Shown: positions 7,134-14,334 of the stretch, one piece after another | Position numbering within the stretch: position 1 is the first letter of the stretch | Layout: each line of letters opens with the position of its first letter | From: a virus | UHGV virus genome: UHGV-2204358 | DNA length: 14,334 bases | Direction: 5' to 3' (one strand) | Made by a program: the position numbers and the translations under genes | The notes under the pieces: model-generated | What the model was told of the DNA's origin: nothing | The model's database searches: none | The model's input: the letters and a program-made list of their open reading frames with translations, nothing else

Positions 7134-7475
7134 ATGGCTACTCATTACACTGAACTCATGGCTGGCACTGAAGCACTGGTGACTACGCTGGGGATATTTT
7201 CAGCTAATAAAGGGGTAATTCCTGCATTTACGCCACTGATGCAGGAAGATGCAACAGGTGCACTGGTGGTATGGGATGGTTCGAGCGTAGGTAAAGCGGT
7301 TTATGTTTCCGCTGTACAAATCGACACCGCGAAAAAAACACAGGCTCAGGTCTATAAGACAGGTGTCTTAAATGTTGATGCTCTGAACTGGCCTGAGTCT
7401 GTTAAAGAACTGTCAGTAAAGGTTGCAGCGTTTGTTGGCTCAGGTATTTCTGTTCAGCCGCTGGCTCGTGTGTAA
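7134..7475 (+). CDS. Lambda gpD-like head decoration protein homolog
   Basis: 113 aa. TPLMQEDATGALVVWDGSSVGKAV ... WPE ... AFVGSGISV parallels lambda gpD ([25 protein letters not shown] ... WPE ... AFAGTAISIV). Strong RBS AAGGGGGAG. Confidence 0.75.
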   Translation: MATHYTELMAGTEALVTTLGIFSANKGVIPAFTPLMQEDATGALVVWDGSSVGKAVYVSAVQIDTAKKTQAQVYKTGVLNVDALNWPESVKELSVKVAAFVGSGISVQPLARV

Positions 7476-7486
7476 AGGGGGATACA

Positions 7487-7870
7487 ATGCAGAATGATTA
7501 CAATGACCTTAAGCCAATTGCCGAAATGATGTACCCGAATCCAGCTGTAGAGGAATTAAAAGCTATCGCTGACAAAATGTGTTTAAGCGAGCGCCTTGTT
7601 GATATGAATCAGGTGATGGAAATTACAACCCTGAGTCGTCGTACACTGCTAAACCTTGAGGCTAGTGGAGAGTTCCCGGAGCGTGTGCAGGTTACGGAAG
7701 GGCGTAAGGCCTGGTATTTAAGTGAAGTGATCGACTGGATAAATAATATTCCTCGCGCTTCTGAATATTGCCGCGTACCTGTCCCAAAAAAGCCAGATGC
7801 GGCGCTATGCCTCAAGATTGAGCGTGTACGCCGCAATGCACGGGATGGTCGCTATAAGCTGATTGGTTGA
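7487..7870 (+). CDS. Second AlpA/Vis-like HTH DNA-binding protein (127 aa)
   Basis: Central segment MNQVMEITTLSRRTLLNLEASGEFPERVQVTEGRKAWYLSEVIDWI matches the AlpA-family HTH pattern. RBS AAGGGGGA. Confidence 0.6.
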   Translation: MQNDYNDLKPIAEMMYPNPAVEELKAIADKMCLSERLVDMNQVMEITTLSRRTLLNLEASGEFPERVQVTEGRKAWYLSEVIDWINNIPRASEYCRVPVPKKPDAALCLKIERVRRNARDGRYKLIG

Positions 7871-8795
7871 TGAAATTAGGGCCCGCTCTGGCTGGCGGGT
7901 CCTTTCCGGCGATCCAGAACGTTACGGGGCGTCAGGCGCGCAGTTTTTCTCTATTTATGGAAATTTTCCGGTTTAAGGCTTTTCCGTTCTTCTTCGCCGT
8001 AACTTTATGTTTTTATTTAAAATACCCCCTGAAAAGAAAGGAAATGACAGGCGCTGAAAACGGGCTTTTTGGCCTCTGCCGTTTCCTTTCTCTGATTTTG
8101 TTGCTGTTTGTCACGGCCTATCGCCAGAAAAAACTCTCATGCTTGCGTTGAAATCAGGCTCTACACTAAAGTAGTCGATAACGCGCCACTGGCTTCACTT
8201 TATGGTCGTGGCCTACTTCTGCACTATCGCAACAGCCTTACGAGTCCTGCTGGTAAGCTGTTGAGTAAGCAGAATACGGATTACAGGGCATCCTATGCGT
8301 ATTGTGGCGGATCGAACACAACCGCTCAGGTGAAACCCGTTTCGTTACTATTATAGGAAAATCTTCATACCCAACTTGCTTGATAACTTCTTCTGGTTGT
8401 TTTAACCATGTAGAGATGATATTTCCCTGAAAAATTGCTTTCCCTCTGACTAGATGCGCATACCACATTTTGTCTTCGACATAGAACCGCGCAGAAATGA
8501 TTACTCCACAGATACGGTTCTTTCGTCAATTCATTATGGAATGGGCTCAAAAGGGAGAGCTCAACAATAAAGTTCTGGTAGGATAATTGTATGCTTACAA
8601 TTGTAATGAAAGGAGAGTTAGAGCCTGGTGTGATTCTGTGTGTAAAATTTTAGCAAATTACGTTTAATTAAGTGTCGTAACACACCATGCCTGTCAGATA
8701 TTACGCTTATCATAGAGTGTATGATATTGCTTTTCTAAACAATAAGCTGTTATATTTTATGGGTATTGTGTTTAATTTTTAATGACGGCTCTAAC

Positions 8796-9731
8796 ATGAC
8801 CCCTGATGCAGTTTTGATTGCTAAAGCAATACTAATGTTGAAAGCAGATGTTGATTATACAAAAGATTATGTATTCCCTATTGCATTATCTTTTTTATCG
8901 GCGCTTATGGGAGGCTTAACTGCTTATTGCATCAATAATAGGCAGGAGAAGATTAAAATAGAAACGGAGAAATTTAATTCTGCTAATACGCTTATGATGG
9001 TTTCTTTTCAGATGATAAATACACTTGTGGGAATTAAAAGTAGTTATATTGGTTTGAGATCTAGAAATCCAATATTAAGAGCGCTGGCAATAAATGAATT
9101 TTTATTTAACGCCGGGGAGGTAAATTTCGATATTAGCCGTCTTTCATTTATAAAAAAGATACCCACAGCTAATAAATCTCTATTTGAGAGGTTTGTTTTT
9201 TTTATTAAGTACAAGATACTAAAACATGAACTTATTATGCCGTCAGATGAAGAAATTGGAAAGTCATGGAGGAATATTGCTCGAATTGATGCTTTTTTGT
9301 TTAATTATAATTTTGTTTTGAAAAGTTTAATTGTCAGGAATCAGCTTGATTCAGATTTAAAGAAACGTTTGTCTAATATTGCCAGTAAAGACAAGCCAGT
9401 GTTTGAAATTAAATTGGATGAAATAAAGAAAGAAATTGGTGCTAGTGAGTTGTCAAAATATATTGATTTGACAGAAAGTATAGTGGCGTTGATCGATTAT
9501 CTCATAAGGGAAATTGATTCATTTATTATGGAGTTCCCGAAGGTAGCGGAAAGTAATATTGAGTTATCTAAGGTGAATAAAGCTAAATTATCAACAATTG
9601 TTCTCAATAAGCCAGCATATTTGGCTGCATTGATTCCAATTCCACAACCTGACTTTGAATTAGTATCTTTACTAGTGGGTATGAGCCCAGAAGAAGCAAA
9701 GCAAAGATATTCGTATTCTGGTTGGCACTAG
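8796..9731 (+). CDS. Hypothetical AT-rich protein with a predicted N-terminal transmembrane helix; function unknown
   Basis: Long ORF (track 8766..9731 from TTG; ATG at 8796 preferred). Hydrophobic segment VFPIALSFLSALMGGLTAYCI. Strongly AT-rich, unlike the flanking DNA. No recognisable domain. Confidence 0.6.
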   Translation: MTPDAVLIAKAILMLKADVDYTKDYVFPIALSFLSALMGGLTAYCINNRQEKIKIETEKFNSANTLMMVSFQMINTLVGIKSSYIGLRSRNPILRALAINEFLFNAGEVNFDISRLSFIKKIPTANKSLFERFVFFIKYKILKHELIMPSDEEIGKSWRNIARIDAFLFNYNFVLKSLIVRNQLDSDLKKRLSNIASKDKPVFEIKLDEIKKEIGASELSKYIDLTESIVALIDYLIREIDSFIMEFPKVAESNIELSKVNKAKLSTIVLNKPAYLAALIPIPQPDFELVSLLVGMSPEEAKQRYSYSGWH

Positions 9732-9860
9732 TAGATATAGTGACATACCTTTGCGAAGCGCTGTATTGCTACGTGTATTGCTTTTTAGCTGTATTTTGAT
9801 AGAGAGAGCCATTTATTTCATTAAAAATCATTCAGTTCCTTTCATATTTGACTCATGTAA

Positions 9861-10649
9861 CCCAAGCATGAGGTGAATCCGCAGATGACCCTGCGTCGCC
9901 TGCCGGATGAAGATCCGCAGAATCTGGCGGACCCGGCTTACCGCCGCCGTCGCATCATCATGCAGAACATGCGTGACGAAGAGCTGGCCATTGCTCAGGT
10001 CGAAGAGATGCAGGCAGTTTCTGCCGTGCTTAAGGGCAAATACACCATGACCGGTGAAGCCTTCGATCCGGTTGAGGTGGATATGGGCCGCAGTGAGGAG
10101 AATAACATCACGCAGTCCGGCGGCACGGAGTGGAGCAAGCGTGACAAGTCCACGTATGACCCGACCGACGATATCGAAGCCTACGCGCTGAACGCCAGCG
10201 GTGTGGTGAATATCATCGTGTTCGATCCGAAAGGCTGGGCGCTGTTCCGTTCCTTCAAAGCCGTCAAGGAGAAGCTGGATACCCGTCGCGGCTCTAATTC
10301 CGAGCTGGAGACAGCGGTAAAAGACCTGGGCGAAGCGGTGTCCTATAAGGGAATGTATGGCGATACGGCGATCGTCGTGTATTCCGGACAGTACGTGGAA
10401 AACGACGTCAAAAAGAACTTCCTGCCGGACAACACGATGGTGCTGGGGAACACTCAGGCACGCGGTCTGCGCACCTATGGCTGCATTCAGGATGCGGACG
10501 CACAGCGCGAAGGTATTAACGCCTCTGCCCGCTACCCGAAAAACTGGGTGACCACCGGCGATCCGGCGCGTGAGTTCACCATGATTCAGTCAGCACCGCT
10601 GATGCTGCTGGCTGACCCTGATGCGTTCGTGTCCGTACAACTGGCGTAA
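9861..10649 (+). pseudogene. E: Lambda major capsid protein E, 5'-truncated (lacks about the first 80 codons)
   Basis: Translation from 9861 (PKHEVNPQMTLRRLPDEDPQ ... FVSVQLA) is near-identical to lambda gpE from about residue 80 to the C-terminus. A TAA stop at 9858-9860 and unrelated AT-rich DNA lie immediately upstream. The only in-frame start is GTG 9873. Confidence 0.8.
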
Positions 10650-10651
10650 TC

Positions 10652-10678
10652 ATGGCCCTTCGGGGCCATTTTCTCTCT
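10652..10678 (+). terminator. Stem-loop ATGGCCC-TTCG-GGGCCAT followed by TTTCTCTCT between E and FI; probable partial terminator or attenuating hairpin
   Basis: 7-bp perfect stem with a TTCG tetraloop and a downstream T-rich tract, 3 nt after the E stop. Confidence 0.4.
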
Positions 10679-10690
10679 GTGGAGGAGTCC

Positions 10691-11089
10691 ATGACGAAAG
10701 ATGAACTGATTGCCCGTCTCCGGTCGCTGGGTGAACAACTGAACCGTGATGTCAGCCTGACGGGGACGAAAGAAGAACTGGCGCTCCGTGTGGCAGAGCT
10801 GGAAGAGGAGCTTGATGACACGGATGAAACTGCCGGTCAGGACACCCCTCTCAGCCGGGAAAATGTGCTGACCGGACATGAAAATGAGGTGGGATCAGCG
10901 CAGCCGGATACCGTGATTCTGGATACGTCTGAACTGGTCACGGTCGTGGCACTGGTGAAGCTGCATACTGATGCACTTCACGCCACGCGGGATGAACCTG
11001 TGGCATTTGTGCTGCCGGGAACGGCGTTTCGTGTCTCTGCCGGTGTGGCAGCCGAAATGACAGAACGTGGCCTGGCCAGAATGCAATAA
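10691..11089 (+). CDS. FI: Lambda FI (DNA-packaging / head assembly protein)
   Basis: MTKDELIARLRSLGEQLNRDVSLTGTKEELALRVAELEEELDD... matches lambda gpFI. GGAGGAG RBS before ATG 10691. The track ORF starting at 10652 is over-extended. Confidence 0.85.
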   Translation: MTKDELIARLRSLGEQLNRDVSLTGTKEELALRVAELEEELDDTDETAGQDTPLSRENVLTGHENEVGSAQPDTVILDTSELVTVVALVKLHTDALHATRDEPVAFVLPGTAFRVSAGVAAEMTERGLARMQ

Positions 11090-11100
11090 CGGGAGGCACT

Positions 11101-11454
11101 GTGGCTGATTTCGATAACCTGTTCGATGCTGCCATTGCCCGCGCCGATGAAACGATACGCGGGTACATGGGAACGTCAGCCACCATGACATCCGGTGAGC
11201 AGTCAGGTGCGGTGATACGTGGTGTTTTTGATGACCCTGAAAATATCAGCTATGCCGGACAGGGCGTGCGCGTTGAAGGCTCCAGCCCGTCCCTGTTTGT
11301 CCGGACTGATGATGTGCGGCAACTGCGGCGTGGAGACACGCTGACCATCGGTGAGGAAAACTTCTGGATAGACCGGGTTTCGCCGGATGATGGCGGAAGC
11401 TGTCATCTCTGGCTTGGGCGGGGCGTACCGCCTGCCGTTAACCGTCGCCGCTGA
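11101..11454 (+). CDS. FII: Lambda FII (head-tail joining protein)
   Basis: MADFDNLFDAAIARADETIRGYMGTSATMTSGEQSGAVIRGVFDD... matches lambda gpFII. GTG start with GGGAGG RBS. Confidence 0.85.
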   Translation: MADFDNLFDAAIARADETIRGYMGTSATMTSGEQSGAVIRGVFDDPENISYAGQGVRVEGSSPSLFVRTDDVRQLRRGDTLTIGEENFWIDRVSPDDGGSCHLWLGRGVPPAVNRRR

Positions 11455-11465
11455 AAGGGGGATGT

Positions 11466-12044
11466 ATGGCCATAAAAGGTCTTGAGCAGGCCGTTGAAAA
11501 CCTCAGCCGTATCAGCAAAACGGCGGTGCCCGGTGCCGCCGCAATGGCCATTAACCGCGTTGCTTCATCCGCGATATCGCAGTCGGCGTCACAGGTTGCC
11601 CGTGAGACAAAGGTACGCCGGAAACTGGTAAAGGAAAGGGCCAGGCTGAAAAGGGCCACGGTCAAAAATCCGCAGGCCAGAATCAAAGTTAACCGGGGGG
11701 ATTTGCCCGTAATCAAGCTGGGTAACGCGCGGATTGTCCTGTCCCGACGCAGGCGTCGTAAAAAGGGGCAGCGTTCAGCCCTGAAAGGTGGCGGCAGCGT
11801 GCTTGTGGTGGGAAACCGTCGTATTCCCGGCGCGTTTATTCAGCAACTGAAAAATGGCCGGTGGCATGTCATGCAGCGTGTGGCCGGGAAAAACCGTTAC
11901 CCCATTGATGTAGTGAAAATCCCGATGGCGGTGCCGCTGACCACGGCGTTTAAACAAAATATTGAGCGGATACGGCGTGAACGTCTTCCGAAAGAGCTGG
12001 GCTATGCGCTGCAGCATCAACTGAGGATGGTAATAAAGCGATGA
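11466..12044 (+). CDS. Z: Lambda Z (tail completion protein)
   Basis: MAIKGLEQAVENLSRISKTAVPGAAAMAINRVASSAISQSASQVARETKV... matches lambda gpZ. Confidence 0.85.
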   Translation: MAIKGLEQAVENLSRISKTAVPGAAAMAINRVASSAISQSASQVARETKVRRKLVKERARLKRATVKNPQARIKVNRGDLPVIKLGNARIVLSRRRRRKKGQRSALKGGGSVLVVGNRRIPGAFIQQLKNGRWHVMQRVAGKNRYPIDVVKIPMAVPLTTAFKQNIERIRRERLPKELGYALQHQLRMVIKR

Positions 12045-12436
12045 AACATACTGAACTCCGTGCAGCCGTACTGGATGCACTGGAGAAGCATGACACCGGG
12101 GCGACGTTTTTTGATGGTCGCCCCGCTGTTTTTGATGAGGCGGATTTTCCGGCAGTTGCCGTTTATCTCACCGGCGCTGAATACACGGGCGAAGAGCTGG
12201 ACAGCGATACCTGGCAGGCGGAGCTGCATATCGAAGTTTTCCTGCCTGCTCAGGTGCCGGATTCAGAGCTGGATGCGTGGATGGAGTCCCGGATTTATCC
12301 GGTGATGAGTGATATCCCGGCACTGTCAGATTTGATCACCAGTATGGTGGTCAGTGGCTATGACTACCGGCGCGACGATGATGCGGGCCTGTGGAGTTCA
12401 GCCGATATGACTTATGTCATTACCTATGAAATGTGA
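12041..12436 (+). CDS. U: Lambda U (tail terminator protein)
   Basis: [54 protein letters not shown]... matches lambda gpU. Start overlaps the Z stop (ATGA). Confidence 0.85.
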   Translation: MKHTELRAAVLDALEKHDTGATFFDGRPAVFDEADFPAVAVYLTGAEYTGEELDSDTWQAELHIEVFLPAQVPDSELDAWMESRIYPVMSDIPALSDLITSMVVSGYDYRRDDDAGLWSSADMTYVITYEM

Positions 12437-12443
12437 GGACGCT

Positions 12444-13184
12444 ATGCCTGTACCAAATCCTACAATGCCGGTGAAAGGTGCCGGGACCACCCTGTGGGTT
12501 TATAAGGGGAGCGGTGACCCTTATGCGAATCCGCTTTCAGACGTTGACTGGTCGCGTCTGGCAAAAGTTAAAGACCTGACGCCCGGCGAACTGACCGCTG
12601 AGTCCTATGACGACAGCTATCTCGATGATGAAGATGCAGACTGGACTGCGACCGGGCAGGGGCAGAAATCTGCCGGAGATACCAGCTTCACGCTGGCGTG
12701 GATGCCCGGAGAGCAGGGGCAGCAGGCGCTGCTGGCGTGGTTTAATGAAGGCGATACCCGTGCCTATAAAATCCGCTTCCCGAACGGCACGGTCGATGTG
12801 TTCCGTGGCTGGGTCAGCAGTATCGGTAAGGCGGTGACGGCGAAGGAAGTGATCACCCGCACGGTGAAAGTCACCAATGTGGGCCGTCCGTCGATGGCAG
12901 AAGATCGCAGCACGGTAACAGCGGCAACCGGCATGACCGTGACGCCTGCCAGCACCTCGGTGGTGAAAGGGCAGAGCACCACGCTGACCGTGGCCTTCCA
13001 GCCGGAGGGCGTAACCGACAAGAGCTTTCGTGCGGTGTCTGCGGATAAAACAAAAGCCACCGTGTCGGTCAGTGGTATGACCATCACCGTGAACGGCGTT
13101 GCTGCAGGCAAGGTCAACATTCCGGTTGTATCCGGTAATGGTGAACTTGCTGCGGTTGCAGAAATCACCGTCACCGACAGTTAA
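12444..13184 (+). CDS. V: Lambda V (major tail tube protein with C-terminal Ig-like domain)
   Basis: [50 protein letters not shown]... matches lambda gpV. GAGGA RBS before ATG 12444. The track start at 12414 is over-extended. Confidence 0.85.
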   Translation: MPVPNPTMPVKGAGTTLWVYKGSGDPYANPLSDVDWSRLAKVKDLTPGELTAESYDDSYLDDEDADWTATGQGQKSAGDTSFTLAWMPGEQGQQALLAWFNEGDTRAYKIRFPNGTVDVFRGWVSSIGKAVTAKEVITRTVKVTNVGRPSMAEDRSTVTAATGMTVTPASTSVVKGQSTTLTVAFQPEGVTDKSFRAVSADKTKATVSVSGMTITVNGVAAGKVNIPVVSGNGELAAVAEITVTDS

Positions 13185-13199
13185 TCCGGAGAGTCAGCG

Positions 13200-13622
13200 A
13201 TGTTCCTGAAAACCGAATCATTTGAACATAACGGCGTGACCGTCACGCTTTCTGAACTGTCAGCCCTGCAGCGTATTGAGCATCTTGCCTGGTTGAAAGA
13301 GCAGGAAAAAAAGGCTGAATCCAGTGGCAACCTGCAGGTGTCTGTAGAGGCGCTTATCAGAGGCGGGGCGTTTCTGGTGGCGATGTCTCTGTGGCATAAC
13401 CATCCACAGAAGACAAAGCTGCCGTCCATGAATGAAGCCATTACGCAGATTGAGCAGGAAGTGCTTACCACCTGGCCCACGGAGGCAATTGCTCAGGCTG
13501 AAAACGTGGTGTTACGTCTGTCCGGAATGTCTGAGTTTGTGGTGAATAATGCCCCTGAACAGGCAGAGGACGCCGGGCCTGCAGAGCCTGTTTCTGCGGG
13601 AAAGTGTTCGACGGTGAGCTGA
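13200..13622 (+). CDS. G: Lambda G (tail assembly chaperone)
   Basis: MFLKTESFEHNGVTVTLSELSALQRIEHLAWLKEQEKKAESSGN ... SAGKCSTVS matches lambda gpG. Confidence 0.85.
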   Translation: MFLKTESFEHNGVTVTLSELSALQRIEHLAWLKEQEKKAESSGNLQVSVEALIRGGAFLVAMSLWHNHPQKTKLPSMNEAITQIEQEVLTTWPTEAIAQAENVVLRLSGMSEFVVNNAPEQAEDAGPAEPVSAGKCSTVS

Positions 13623-14038
13623 GTTTTGCCCTGAAACTGGCGCGTGAGATGGGGCGACCCGACTGGCGCGCCATGCTTGCCGGGATGTCATCCACGGAGT
13701 ATGCCGACTGGCACCGCTTTTACAGTACCCATTATTTTCATGATGTTCTGCTGGATATGCACTTTTCCGGGCTGACGTACACCGTACTCAGCCTGTTTTT
13801 CAGCGATCCGGATATGCATCCGCTGGATTTCAGTCTGCTGAACCGGCGCGAGGCTGACGAAGAGCCTGAAGATGATGTGCTGATGCAGAAAGCGGCAGGG
13901 CTTGCCGGAGGCGTTCGTTTTGGCCCGGACGGGAATGAAGTTATCCCTACTTCCCCGGATGTGGCGGACATGACGGAGGATGACGTAATGCTGATGACAG
14001 TATCAGAAGGGATCGCAGGAGGAGTCCGGTATGGCTGA
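13200..14038 (+). CDS. GT: Lambda G-T tail assembly chaperone fusion made by programmed -1 ribosomal frameshift (T portion 13604..14038 in the -1 frame)
   Basis: Slippery heptamer G GGA AAG at 13598-13604 near the end of G. The -1 frame continues as VFDGELSFALKLAREMGRPDWRAMLAGMSS..., matching lambda gpT, and ends at TGA 14036-14038. Confidence 0.7.
13598..13604 (+). other. Programmed -1 frameshift slippery site GGGAAAG
   Basis: Heptamer present in the G frame (codons gcG GGA AAG), exactly where lambda G-T frameshifting occurs. Confidence 0.7.
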
Positions 14039-14334
14039 ACCGGTAGGCGATCTGGTCGTTGATTTGAGTCTGGATGCGGCCAGATTTGACGAGCAGATGG
14101 CCAGAGTCAGGCGTCATTTTTCCGGTACGGAAAGTGATGCGAAAAAAACAGCGGCAGTCGTTGAACAGTCGCTGAGCCGACAGGCGCTGGCTGCACAGAA
14201 AGCGGGGATTTCCGTCGGGCAGTATAAAGCCGCCATGCGTATGCTGCCTGCACAGTTCACCGACGTGGCCACGCAGCTTGCAGGCGGGCAAAGTCCGTGG
14301 CTGATCCTGCTGCAACAGGGTGGTCAGGTTAAGG
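14031..14334 (+). CDS. H: Lambda H tape measure protein, N-terminal part (continues beyond window end)
   Basis: ATG 14031. Translation MAEPVGDLVVDLSLDAARFDEQMARVRRHFSGTESDAKKTAAVVEQSLSRQALAAQKAGISVGQYKAAMRMLPAQFTDVATQLAGGQSPWLILLQQGGQVK matches the lambda gpH N-terminus. No stop before the window end. Confidence 0.85.
   Translation, partial: MAEPVGDLVVDLSLDAARFDEQMARVRRHFSGTESDAKKTAAVVEQSLSRQALAAQKAGISVGQYKAAMRMLPAQFTDVATQLAGGQSPWLILLQQGGQVK

Noticed and set aside
8295-8335. tRNA-like T-loop motif on the minus strand (GGATCGAAC = complement of GTTCGATCC), possibly an att-site tRNA fragment
   Set aside because: Could not build a convincing cloverleaf or acceptor stem from the flanking sequence by eye. 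Possibly a tRNA 3' remnant but unsupported.
7867-8356. ORFs 7867..8151 and 8108..8356 as full-length genes
   Set aside because: No RBS at the annotated starts, low-complexity translation, and overlapping frames. Only the C-terminal 35 aa peptide with its own RBS was kept as a speculative finding.
8238-8550. Minus-strand ORFs 8238..8468 and 8365..8550 as possible fragments of a degraded gene
   Set aside because: They are in different frames with no recognisable domain and no clear RBS. Treated as pseudogene debris in the junction rather than as features.
10576-10879. Minus-strand ORFs including a poly-serine 81 aa ORF
   Set aside because: They lie antisense to the well-supported lambda FI/E coding sequence. 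The low-complexity translation is typical of a spurious antisense frame.
12607-13174. Overlapping ORFs on both strands within lambda V
   Set aside because: Alternative or antisense frames of a well-supported gene in GC-rich sequence. No independent evidence.

Overview
Mosaic mobile-element region from an enterobacterial (E. coli-like) genome, in three parts. (1) Positions 1 to about 7870: a phage-satellite-like island (P4/PICI-like). It carries a degraded P4-type tyrosine integrase 3' end, an AlpA-family regulator, an AT-rich cargo segment (DUF2971-like protein plus a convergent RHH + SWIM zinc-finger two-gene operon), and a replication module (Icd-like small protein, two small hypotheticals, P4-alpha/D5-type primase-helicase, iteron-type origin, SSB-like protein). 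Unusually, it also encodes its own lambda gpE-like major capsid and gpD-like decoration homologs, followed by a second AlpA-like HTH protein. (2) About 7870 to 9860: a low-coding, degenerate junction with a small hydrophobic peptide ORF, then an AT-rich gene for a membrane-anchored protein of unknown function. (3) About 9861 to the end: lambda-like prophage morphogenesis genes, nearly identical to phage lambda at protein level: 5'-truncated E, FI, FII, Z, U, V, G, the G-T programmed -1 frameshift, and the start of tape-measure H. All calls rest on reading the translated ORFs and motifs by eye and on recalled family signatures; no database search was run.
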